A stretch of DNA of 64,000 bases from Octopus sinensis (taxonomy: Eukaryota): NCBI RefSeq assembly GCF_006345805.1, contig NC_042997.1, forward strand, positions 132,494,001-132,558,000. Reading direction: 5' to 3'. Positions within the stretch are counted from its first letter, which is position 1; every line of letters starts with the position of its first letter. This document shows, in pieces, positions 53,046 through 63,460 of this stretch. Made by a program: the position numbers and the translations under genes. The notes beneath the pieces were generated by a model. It did not search any database, had not been told where the DNA came from, and saw only the letters and a program-made list of their open reading frames with translations.

Positions 53046-53186
53046 GCGCCTGTATGCAGTGATTATCCGAAGACACAGTTGTGAATGTTCGCAACGTTTC
53101 AAAATTTAGAGTGATAAAATTCTTTCTAATGAAATATTTGTATGTCCTCCTCCACAAACGAAGCATCAGTTGAAGAAGTCTACAGA

Positions 53187-53480
53187 ATTTTTTTTCCTGC
53201 CTTTAACCCTCCAACGCGGATTTTAGGCCACTTATAGTTGAATTCCATGTCGCATAATTTTTCGCTTCTGTACTTATACTCTGCCATCAATGTCCCCCTT
53301 TCTCTAGTTCCTTTTGTGTTGATCTACGCTACGAGTTCTTAGGCCAACCTTTTTTTTCTATTTGTGCTACCAATCCACTTCCATTTTTTCTAAAATATTT
53401 GCTCCCTAATCGAAACTTGATTTGTTCCTTGCCATAGCTCCATATTACTTATGTGTTGGGGCCATCTAATTTTAAGTATT
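53187..53480 (-). mobile_element. 3' fragment of the RTE family at 42620-45165
   Basis: Reverse complement matches 44815-45160 (gatggcc..aacacataag, gtacagaagcgaaaaattatgcgacatggaattcaactataagtgg, ttggagggttaaaggcag). Confidence 0.85.
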
Positions 53481-54067
53481 AAGTAAACTTTAATCAAGAA
53501 AGTGTATTCAAACAGGCTAATAAACCAAGCAAAGAGGATGATAGAAAAAGAAATAATATATCGCATCAAATACATAGGATTGCAGATCTTTTAAAATTAC
53601 ACAATCACGCTTAAAGCTTATTATATGAAACCACAGATTACAAGCTATAAAATATGCGAACATCTAAGAGACACCTCGTAAAAAAGACATCAAAATGCAT
53701 TACATCAAACGATAAATTAACGCTAATAATATACAGCCGATACATTAAAATTAAAATCTTTTTCATCAACAATAAACCACAAGCATGTAACTACCAAACA
53801 AGCATCTAATAATCGGTGGAATTTATATATTAAACTGCAAACGAGAACGTTGTGAACGTAATGACTCCAATTGTTGTATTAGCCATACAAGTGCGACATT
53901 CTCCCGCGTTTCGCTACACTCTCACAAGAAGGAACAATTGCAATTCATTATACCACGCAACCGGAAACAAAACTAGATATGGAAACATTAGTGGAAACTA
54001 TATATATTTTCTACTGAATACCCTACAAAAGTAATCAATGTCGGAAAATATACTTATAATATACTTA

Positions 54068-54247
54068 GGCGCAGGAGTGGCTGTGTGGTAAGTAGCTTGC
54101 TTACCAACCACATGGTTCCGGGTTCAGTCCCACTGCGTGACACCTTCTACTATAGACTTGGGCCGACCAAAGCCTTGTCAGTGGATTTGGTAGGCGGAAA
54201 CTGAAAGAAGCCCGTTGTATATATATATATATATATACATATATATG

Positions 54248-54317
<70 letters not shown>

Positions 54318-54525
54318 TGTGTATATGTTTGTGTGTGAGTGTGTCCTCACCATCGCTTGACAACCGATGCTGGTGTGTTTACGTCCCCGTAACTTAGCGG
54401 TTCGGCAAAATACATCGATAGAATAAGTACTAGGCTTACAAAGAATAAGTACTGGGGTCGATTTGCTCGACTAAAGGCGGTACTCCAGCATGGCCGCAGT
54501 CAAATGACTGAAACAAGTAAAAGCG
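54068..54525 (+). mobile_element. SINE family A, near full length
   Basis: Complete head, microsatellite and tail. Confidence 0.9.
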
Positions 54526-54904
54526 TAAAAAGTAACGAGTATAATAAAGTCTAATATTGTAGTAAAGACACGGAAAAATGCACATCGATTAGAAAAACAA
54601 AACAACAAAAACAAAACCAAAACAAAACAAAGTGAAAACTTGACGACTGATGTTAGTATATCTAATAATTAAAATTTATATTCCCACAGTAACTTCACCA
54701 CTGAACGTAATGTTAATCCACTCTAACAAAAGGGTTGAAAATTACATGCCGACATCATTTTCATCCCGACGATGAGTTTAATAAGTTATAGAGACCTTGA
54801 TGATAGATCTGGAACTGTACTGTTCAAAACAACTTCAAGGATTTGATATGGATGTGTGAGAAACACTTTCTAGAAAAGATAATAGTGATTTCAAATTTTG
54901 ATAC

Positions 54905-55110
54905 AGAAGCGTTAGCACACCGGGAGAAATGCTTAGTGGTGTTTCGTCTGTCTTTATGTTCTGAGTTCAAATTCCGCCGAGGTCGACTTTGCCTTTCATC
55001 CTTTCGGGTCGATAAAATTAAGTACTAGTTGCGTACTGGGGTCGATCTAATCAACTGGCTTCTCCCCTAAAAATTTTGGGCCTAGTACCTAGAGTAGAAA
55101 AGATTATATA
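54905..55110 (+). mobile_element. SINE family B
   Basis: gttctgagttcaaattccgccgaggtcgactttgcctttcatcctttcggg. Confidence 0.8.
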
Positions 55111-55324
55111 AATTGATCTTGTGTTGAAATACATCTCCTAGGTTTCCCTTTCGTAAACACTATATAAAATGTTGTTTGCTTTTCTAAAGTTCTTCTACAC
55201 ATACACTTTGCTGCAATTCACCATTTCCGTGACCGATTAAATAAATGCGGATCATGTGCAGAAGATGATTCAAGCTTGCTGTGTCAATTCCGTCCCTGAT
55301 AATGGGAGATATTGTACATTTCCC

Positions 55325-55680
55325 TTTCTTTCCTCCTCTTACGCCCCTTCCTCCCGTCTTACTCTTCTTCCTCCCGTCTTACTCCTCTTCCTCCCGTCTT
55401 ACTCCTCTTCCTCCCCTCTTCCTCTCCTCTTCCTCACCTTTTACTCCTCTTCCTCCCCTCTTACCCCTCTTCCTCCCCTTTTACCCCTCTTCCTCCTCTC
55501 TTCCTCCTCTCTTCCGCCCCTCTTCCTCCTCTCTTCCTCCCCATTTACTCCTCTTCCACCCGTCTTACTCCTCTTCCTTCTCTCTTCCCCCTCTCTCCCT
55601 CCCCTCCTACTCCTCTTCATCTCCTCTTCCTCCTCTTCTTCCCCTTTTACTCCTTTTCATCCTCTTCCTCCCCTCTTGCT
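55325..55680. repeat. Polypyrimidine (CCT/CTT)-rich low-complexity tract
   Basis: Directly visible. Confidence 0.9.
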
Positions 55681-57639
55681 CTTTATAATGCTGATACTGT
55701 TTTTTTCCGTCTGGCATGAAGGCAGAAAGTTTAAGTGGAGGTAGTTAGCTTACACCATCGACTTCAGTGTTTGATACTTTATTTCACCAGCCTCGGAAGA
55801 GATGAAAGGTAAAGTTGACCTCCAAGGGATTTTGACTGAGGAGGTAAATTATTGTCGTCTATAAGGTCAGTTATCAAAATATTCCTGAGTGTCACTCTCC
55901 CAAGTGTCCAGAGCGCAAAGTAGTCGGCAACTGGGGAGTAACTTGTTTCCCCGTAGAGATTCCTATCCCAGTATGGGTAACTTTGTTTTCTCTTTTTATA
56001 TATTTTTTATCCATTTGTTTACGTTTTTGTTCATCCTTATTCTTTGTTTGTCTATTAACAATTTCACTACATGTTTGGTATTTTAGTTAACGAGCCCCTG
56101 TGGCGAAAAATGAAACCGCTAATAGCTGTGGCCAATAATCAAACCGCTAATAGCTGTAGTTTTAGTGGTGAAATTAGAATCAGTGTCATTAATGACGATA
56201 CCAAAGTAGCAGCAGCAGTAGTAATAATAGTAGTAGTAGCAGCAGCAGCAATAGTAGTAGTAGCAGCAGCAATAGCAATAAAAGTATTACAGCAACGGCA
56301 GCCGTTCAAGAATTTGGACCTGGAGATCTCCATATCCAGCGGCTTCGAGGCCTACCTCCCAGTGGTGTCGGGCGTCAAGGAAGAGCCCTCGACTACAACA
56401 AGACAACCAAAGTTTTTTTTTCCAAGGTCTGGGGTTTCCCGCTCCTAAGCTCTAGACCATCACCTAATCACCCTTACCCGTCTTGCTGCTTAACAACAAC
56501 AACAACAATAGCAACAGCAGTTGTAGTAGTAATAGTAATAATAGCAACAGTAGGAAGCAGTTGCAGTCCTACCTTTCCGTCGTCGGCGATAACTCGCAGC
56601 CAGTGATTGAGCCTTTTCATCTTGATGGGTGCGAAGGGTGCCGGTGCCTGGGGTGGTTGTTCAGGCCAAGGGCGATAAAGAAGAACGGAGGGCATTTATC
56701 GCAGGGTAGAGTTGTTGGGGAACGAGAGGAGCGCCAGCGGTATCTTTTAAGGAACCAGTAAAACTCAAGTACTGCAGTTTCTGGACGCCAGTTTTCTCAT
56801 GCCGTTTTCAAGATCCCGAATGCATTTAATGTGGAGAATAGTATCGAAATGATAAATGTTATTTTGAAAATTCCAGTATGTATGAGAGACAACTCTCGAT
56901 ATATTCTTATTAATAACTATTTGTCGAATTATATAGATAAGGAAATCGCTAAATAAGATTAGAGTAAAGTAAGCTGAGTAGGCATAAACATTTATCAGTA
57001 TACTTGTATTAAATAAATAAACGAGGTTAAGTCTTCAGAGATACTGAAATTATACCTCGATTTCATTGTCACTTTGCAAGCGTATAGCATTTCGTCTTAC
57101 TGTTTAGTTTTAATTGACTTAACTCTCCAACTATAAAATATACACAAATGTTTGTAAGGAAAATCCTATTTGACTGATAATTCGATTAATCGAATTTCAT
57201 CTTGTTCCAGTAATCCACGTGTACAAACATGTCGATAATTCAAAATGTCTGTCTTTTGATAATTATAAAAGATAAGATCTCAAAAAGCTTAACATTCGAT
57301 ATTTTGTGAAATTACTGTGTCCCTTCTTACCGTGATGCTCTAGCTCAATATATTTGCATAGTTCAAAGTTTTCTTTCTCGCAGTAATAATCATCTTTTTT
57401 CAAATAGAGTGACGAAAGAAAATTGATATTCGTAAATTCTCTTAAATATTAAAAAACGATGAATTCATATCCGAAGTCATAAAATGATTCCCTGATGAAA
57501 AATATTTTAGTCTGAGAAAGGCGTATCTATACTGGATGCAGACTGTGAAACTGTGATGAAGAAAACAAACTAAAGCAAGTGAAGAATATATAAACGGAAA
57601 TGACCCAATTTGTTAAGAAGAACCACATATTCTGATAAT

Positions 57640-57800
57640 GCTTAGCCGCATTTTGTCTGTCTTTTTACGTTCTGAGTTCATATCCCGCCGAGGCCTACTT
57701 TCTGTTTTATCCTCTCGGGGCCGGTTAAAAAGAATCAGCTAAAACTTTAATGACTTACTTCCCTCAAAATTTCTGGACTCGTGCCAAAAATTTGAAACCT
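57640..57800 (+). mobile_element. SINE family B, degenerate
   Basis: acgttctgagttcatatcccgccgagg. Confidence 0.6.
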
Positions 57801-57894
57801 AAATTAATGTTCTTTCTTTCAGAAACCCAGAATTTCAATATGTATGCTAAGTTCGAAGTTACGCTCAAGAGCTACAACATATCTTCTTTTATTC

Positions 57895-58277
<383 letters not shown>

Positions 58278-58631
58278 ATAAATCAGGGCAGACATGACTG
58301 TACGGTTAAGAAGCTCACACCGCGTGGTTTCAGGTTCAGTCTCACTGCGTGACACCTTACACAAGTGTCTTCTGCTGAAACCCAATATCATCTCAGGAGC
58401 AGGGCATATAGCTTTGAGTGCCGCGGTTTTGGAATGTAAATTATTAACTGAGTATAAATATTATAAATATTTTTTTATAGGTTTCAGACATTAGACTGCG
58501 TTATAAGTATGTCATCAATTTCAAGGGTTTTAGTCCATAGTATCGGCCCCAGAAATTTGTCCGGTCTACATACAGACACGCAAATATATATTTATATGGA
58601 TTTATGTATGCATATAGTTATATTTTGTTCT

Positions 58632-58730
<99 letters not shown>

Positions 58731-58853
58731 CTCTATATATATATTTATATATATATATATATATATATTGATTGATTGATTGATTCTAGTTTCAGCTTAT
58801 GAGCTGTGGCCATGCTGGGGCACCGCCATTTGGTGTTGCTACTTGGTTTCACT

Positions 58854-61800
58854 TCATGGAGGCTTTCTAGCAACTGCTATTTGGTGCATGAGAGAGTTCG
58901 ATGCAGCTGCCCTCATCTGCCCCTCCTGCCGTGAAGTTGGTTCATCTGGGACACCTGACAGGAAGAGATCCAGCTTCATTTTAAAGACATCTGTATCCAC
59001 CCCATGCAGGTCTCTCAGGTTCTTCGGGAGGATATTGAAGAGCTGTGGGCCTCGGAAGCCCAGGCTATCACAGAATCTTGTCCTACATCTTGATGGCAGG
59101 TTTGGAGTCCTAGGCACCACGCAGTGGCGCCCAGTTCTGGCATTTGCGTAACTCTCGATGCCAAAGTTCAGGACACTTCCCTCCAGGATCTTCCAGATGT
59201 ATATTATGGCATATCTTTCCCGCCTACGCTCCAGGGAATATAATTTTAATCTCTTGAGTCTTTCCCAGTAGCTTACATTCTGCATAGAGGCTATCTTCTT
59301 TGTGTAGCTTCGTTGGATCGCCTCAAGTTCTGTGATCAACTTGACACTGGATGGTGACCATAGCTGAGAGCAATAGTCAAAGTGGCTTAGGACAAGTGTC
59401 TTCCAGAGGACCATCATGGTTTCTTGTTCTCTTGTTCTAAAGGTTCTAAGAATCCATCCAGCCAGCCGTCTACATTTCATTGTCAGTTTAGCAACATGTA
59501 CATGAAAGGTCGCGTCATCACTCATGTGAATACCCAGGTCACGCACTGATTGTGCCTCTGGGATTGCAATCCCTCCGGGTCCAGTGTATTCATTGGGTAT
59601 TGCATTCAGTTTTGCATGCTGATAGTATAAAGCTTGAAACTTTCCAGCATTGAACTGCATGCTATTCTTTTCAGCCCACTTGTATATTTCGTCCAGCTCA
59701 CATTGCAGGTGTTTAGTGTCCTCAGGGTTCTGTATTGCCTGTGAAACTTTTGTATCATCTGCATAACTTGTGATCGTGGCTCTCTGCGTGGCTGAGGGCA
59801 TGTCTGAGAGGGCCATTATGAACAGTAGTGGTCCCAGAACAGTGCCCTGCGGAACACCGCTCACTATTTGTGTGTTAATGGAGGTGGCCCCATTGGCTAC
59901 TACCACCTGACTTCTATCCTTCAGAAAGTCATGAAGCCATTCTCCCAGTTTTCCAACTATGTTGAGATCACGCAGTTTGTGACATATCATTCCATGATCG
60001 ACTTTATCAAAGGCCTTTGCAAAGTCGAGATATATCACTTCCACATTTGAGTGGTTGAGCAGCCGTTTCAGCACCCAGTCATAGTGTTGTAGGAGCTGAG
60101 TTAAACAGCTTCTCCCTGGTCGGAAACCATGTTGGGTGTCGGGCAGCAAGTCATTCTCTTCAAGGAAGGTGATCAGCTTCCTTCTGACTATTCGTTCCAT
60201 GACCTTGCTGATGTGTGAGGTCAGAGAGATAGGTCTATAGTTCTTGGCTTCCGCTCTGCTACCTCCTTTATGAATGGGGCATATTTTACCTTCCTTCAGT
60301 TTTCCTGGAAGTTTGCCAGCTGCAAGGAAGCTCTGAAAGAGGAACTGCAGTGGTCTTGCTAGGACTCTCTTACATGCTTTTAGGAGGATTGCCGGGAATC
60401 CATCGGGGCCAGTAGCTGAGTCTGTTTTCATTTCATCTATAGCCTTGGTTACATCGTCTTCATTTATATCGATGTAATCTATCGTCGCCGCCTCTGATTT
60501 TATATCTGCAGTGGTAAAAAAGTCAGTTGGATTGGTGATTTGGAGATGCCCAAGGGGTGGAGTGAAAACACTCTTGAATTGCTCATTCAGTATTTCACTT
60601 ACCCTCATTGGTTTTCCTGTAAGTGTGCCATCCTTTTCGAGGAGTGGCCCTATTCTACAGTGCACTGTAGCTGTTTCTTTGGCATACCTGTAGAAAGCTC
60701 TGGGGTTAGATTTTATGTTTTCTATAGCCCAGGCTTCTTTGTCTGCTCTTTCTTTTTCATGGGAGAGTTGCAGACATTTTTCGATTTCCAACAGTTTTAT
60801 TTTTAGGCGGGACTTTTCACTGCTTTCAATCTGTTTGTTTAGGCGATTTGAAAATTTCGTACGCCGTCTCATTAAGATTTTCCTCTCTCTGGGGATTTTG
60901 TTCTTGTGTACAGTGGCCTTTCTCTCTGGGACACATTTGTAGCATATGGCTTGCATTACAGACATGAATTGTTGAAGTTTCACGTCGATGTCTGGCGAGG
61001 AGAGACATTTAGGCCAGTTTTGTTTGAGGATCTCTTTCTCAATTTGTTTCCAGTTTGCCTTATGGTAGTTCAAGCTGGAAAGATTTTGAGGGTTTCTTGT
61101 AGGCTGCATGTCCGTGCTCTCTTTTGGCCCGTACATGGTCAGCTCTATCATGTTGTGATCCGAGAGTAGTGTCGGTGTCACTTTCACATTATGGATGAGA
61201 TCCATGTCATTTGTGAAGCAGAGATCCAGTGTGTTACCTGCCCTGGTTGGTTGGAGTATTACCTGCTCCATGTACAGGGTGTTGATGAGGTTCAGGAGGG
61301 ACCTCGCCTGTCCTCGTTCACATCTTGTCATTCCTGGGAGAGAAAGGCCCTCGGGCCATCTGACATTGGGCAGATTGAAGTCTCCCATAAGAAGCACACC
61401 TATGTGTTGTTCTAATGTGGTTAGAATTTCTTCTATTTTTATAAGGCAGTCTTCAAACTTGCCCACATGGCTTGGGGCATCTGGAGGGCGATATGTAGCA
61501 CACACAACTACATCAAGTTGCTTAATATGTACAATTAGTGTGTCACACACCGAGTTTGAGTATGACAAGAGGACCTGGGGTGTGAGGTCCTCACGGATGT
61601 ACATAGCAACACCTCCATGACTCCTTTCTTTCCTGTCGGTCCGTAGTACAGCATACTGTGGTATGTGTAACTCCGCATCTGCTATGTCCGGTTTCAGGTG
61701 CGTTTCTGTAAGTGCTATGCATATGGCTTGATTGCATGCAACAAAGTCTCTCAGGAACGGGATCTTTGTCCTGTTACTGAGTGTTTGCAGTCCTCTGATG

Positions 61801-61958
61801 TTCAGTAGGAGTATCGAGGTGAGGTGTACGTTGTTGCCGGCGGTGTCCATCCTGTGTCTGTTTGCTGTGGTGGTCTGGTATATAGTGGGTAGTCCCACCT
61901 GCGGGCTTGGGTTTGATGAAGCCAGGTCAGCTGCTGTACAATCTTTTGTGCCATGCAC
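58854..61958 (-). CDS. LINE ORF2: APE-type endonuclease + reverse transcriptase (first ATG at 61850, MDTAGNN...)
   Basis: Uninterrupted 1034-codon frame. EN motifs LLNIRGL, LTETHL, YRPP, GDFNLP, TLDL, SDHNMI; RT motifs NYRPISLTS, QHGFR, LDFAKAFDKVDH, GVPQGTVLGPLLF, YADD. Confidence 0.95.
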   Translation of the reverse strand: MHGTKDCTAADLASSNPSPQVGLPTIYQTTTANRHRMDTAGNNVHLTSILLLNIRGLQTLSNRTKIPFLRDFVACNQAICIALTETHLKPDIADAELHIPQYAVLRTDRKERSHGGVAMYIREDLTPQVLLSYSNSVCDTLIVHIKQLDVVVCATYRPPDAPSHVGKFEDCLIKIEEILTTLEQHIGVLLMGDFNLPNVRWPEGLSLPGMTRCERGQARSLLNLINTLYMEQVILQPTRAGNTLDLCFTNDMDLIHNVKVTPTLLSDHNMIELTMYGPKESTDMQPTRNPQNLSSLNYHKANWKQIEKEILKQNWPKCLSSPDIDVKLQQFMSVMQAICYKCVPERKATVHKNKIPRERKILMRRRTKFSNRLNKQIESSEKSRLKIKLLEIEKCLQLSHEKERADKEAWAIENIKSNPRAFYRYAKETATVHCRIGPLLEKDGTLTGKPMRVSEILNEQFKSVFTPPLGHLQITNPTDFFTTADIKSEAATIDYIDINEDDVTKAIDEMKTDSATGPDGFPAILLKACKRVLARPLQFLFQSFLAAGKLPGKLKEGKICPIHKGGSRAEAKNYRPISLTSHISKVMERIVRRKLITFLEENDLLPDTQHGFRPGRSCLTQLLQHYDWVLKRLLNHSNVEVIYLDFAKAFDKVDHGMICHKLRDLNIVGKLGEWLHDFLKDRSQVVVANGATSINTQIVSGVPQGTVLGPLLFIMALSDMPSATQRATITSYADDTKVSQAIQNPEDTKHLQCELDEIYKWAEKNSMQFNAGKFQALYYQHAKLNAIPNEYTGPGGIAIPEAQSVRDLGIHMSDDATFHVHVAKLTMKCRRLAGWILRTFRTREQETMMVLWKTLVLSHFDYCSQLWSPSSVKLITELEAIQRSYTKKIASMQNVSYWERLKRLKLYSLERRRERYAIIYIWKILEGSVLNFGIESYANARTGRHCVVPRTPNLPSRCRTRFCDSLGFRGPQLFNILPKNLRDLHGVDTDVFKMKLDLFLSGVPDEPTSRQEGQMRAAASNSLMHQIAVARKPP

Positions 61959-62515
61959 AAAAAAGATTTTTGCTCAGCAGCTGCTCTTTCGACAACATCA
62001 TGTTGGCTGTTTGTGGCGCGCACAACATCTGCGTACCTCCGCTTTGGGGCAGGTGGTGCGTGGTCCATCCCTTTTCTTTGTGTTGATGGTTTGTCCATCT
62101 GCCTCGTGTCTCTGTGGCAGGGTCCCCGATGTGCAAAGCGGCAGCCTGCACCTTCCTTTCCATGCCAGCAGGAACCTCTCAGGTAGAACATACACACCCG
62201 TGTGCGCTGTTTGGTTCCATCCTTTGCGGTTCCACTTCTATTTCTGGTTGTTTCACTCTTTGGTCCTGCTTGAGCTTTTTCTTTTCCTTTAGCTCTTCCA
62301 GTCCTTCTTTTAGTTCTTCTTCCTCCCTCTACCTCTTCACCGGGTTCTCCGTCTCCATGGCCCTTGCTGCCGGTTGGAGAACTTGCACCTGGGTTCACTT
62401 CCCGGGCAGGTTTCTCATTCAAAACCTCCTCCCGGGCGTCCACCAGGTGGGGGTGACTTCTTTCATCGTCTCCATTCTTGCCATCTTTGCCCCGCTCGTT
62501 CTCAAAGATGGCATA
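61802..62515 (-). CDS. LINE ORF1 C-terminal part with a CCCH zinc finger (5' truncated)
   Basis: Basic, low-complexity frame containing CMFYLRGSCWHGKEGAGCRFAH (C-x7-C-x8-C-x3-H). The N-terminus in the ORF track runs into flanking (TA)n. Confidence 0.75.
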   Translation of the reverse strand, partial: YAIFENERGKDGKNGDDERSHPHLVDAREEVLNEKPAREVNPGASSPTGSKGHGDGEPGEEVEGGRRTKRRTGRAKGKEKAQAGPKSETTRNRSGTAKDGTKQRTRVCMFYLRGSCWHGKEGAGCRFAHRGPCHRDTRQMDKPSTQRKGMDHAPPAPKRRYADVVRATNSQHDVVERAAAEQKSFLCMAQKIVQQLTWLHQTQARRWDYPLYTRPPQQTDTGWTPPATTYTSPRYSY

Positions 62516-62610
62516 TATATATATATTCAAATGAATATGGTGCTTACGTTGAGGCACCAGAATTTAGTGCGGTATTATCCATACAATTTCAAAGTAAGGT
62601 GATTAAAATC

Positions 62611-62872
62611 AAAATAAGCAACAAGAATATCCAGAGGTAATGCAGTACGATCGTTTCATGCGACTCCATTTAATTGAACAATGCAGCCATTACATCAATT
62701 TAAAATACAGAGCAATCTTCAGCTGCACAAATACATAGAATTTATTTAAATTAGAACCGATGTTTAAATTGAAGTAATTTTAAATGAATGTAATGATTGA
62801 ATTGTTCTTTTAAATGTAATTACATGAAACGATCACACTGCAGTATCTCTGGATATCCTTGTTGCTTATCTT
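62611..62872. repeat. Fold-back/MITE-like element with ~50-bp imperfect TIRs
   Basis: aaaataagcaacaagaatatccagaggtaatgcagtacgatcgtttcatg versus catgaaacgatcacactgcagtatctctggatatccttgttgcttatctt. Confidence 0.8.
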
Positions 62873-62873
62873 G

Positions 62874-62904
<31 letters not shown>

Positions 62905-62907
62905 ATA

Positions 62908-62950
<43 letters not shown>

Positions 62951-63038
62951 TATATATATATAATATATATATATATATGTATATATAGATCGTTAGCCAC
63001 TACACACATCTTTTTCTCTCCTTGTTTTTTCTGTGTAC

Positions 63039-63074
63039 CTTTCTGTAGAAGAGCGTAGGCTCGAAACGTAAGAG
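63039..63074 (+). ncRNA. Hammerhead-like motif with non-canonical CUGUAGA core, within repeat 62985-63165
   Basis: CTTT-ctgtaga-agagc gtag gctc-gaaa-cg-ta-AGAG. Confidence 0.45.
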
Positions 63075-63191
63075 ACTTTTTCTATTCCTGAGCGTTATAC
63101 TAATACATCTGTTTGTTTTGTACACCACCTGTCTATGTCTTTTGTTTTCTTCGTAAACTTTCCCTATATATATATATATATATATATAGTT

Positions 63192-63460
63192 AATCCAAAC
63201 ATGAACAAAGAGAAAACACAACGCGAGAACGTGGAACAAGTATAGTGTTATTGGACGCCCAGGAAAGGAAATAAAGAAGGAGGATTTAACGTTTCGAGCG
63301 GAGCTCTTCGTCAGAAACATAGAAAAAGGAAATGTCCAAGGAACGGAAGACAGAGATAAAAAATCGCCAACGATACACACGCAGTCAATCCAAACATGGA
63401 CAAAGAGAAAACACAACAACGCGAGGACGTGGAACAAGTATAGTGTTACTGCACGCTCAG
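63192..63460 (-). mobile_element. ~196-bp-period hammerhead-bearing repeat (about 1.4 units), retrozyme-like
   Basis: Direct repeats aatccaaacatg.acaaagagaaaacacaac..gtatagtgtta at 63192 and 63388 flank a hammerhead motif. Confidence 0.7.
63284..63318 (-). ncRNA. Minimal type I hammerhead ribozyme motif
   Basis: GTTT-CTGACGA-A-GAGC tcc GCTC-GAAA-CG-TT-AAAT; intact core, palindromic AACGTT, cleavage triplet GUU. Confidence 0.65.

Larger units (their letters stand above)
58768..62515 (-). mobile_element. Young, 5'-truncated CR1/Jockey-group LINE with (AATC)n tail, inserted in (TA)n
   Basis: Two overlapping ORFs, short 3' UTR with hairpin, (GATT)n on the plus strand at 58768-58785, TA runs on both flanks. 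Confidence 0.92.

Noticed and set aside
59868-62602. Plus-strand ORFs overlapping the LINE
   Set aside because: Antisense shadows of ORF1/ORF2.
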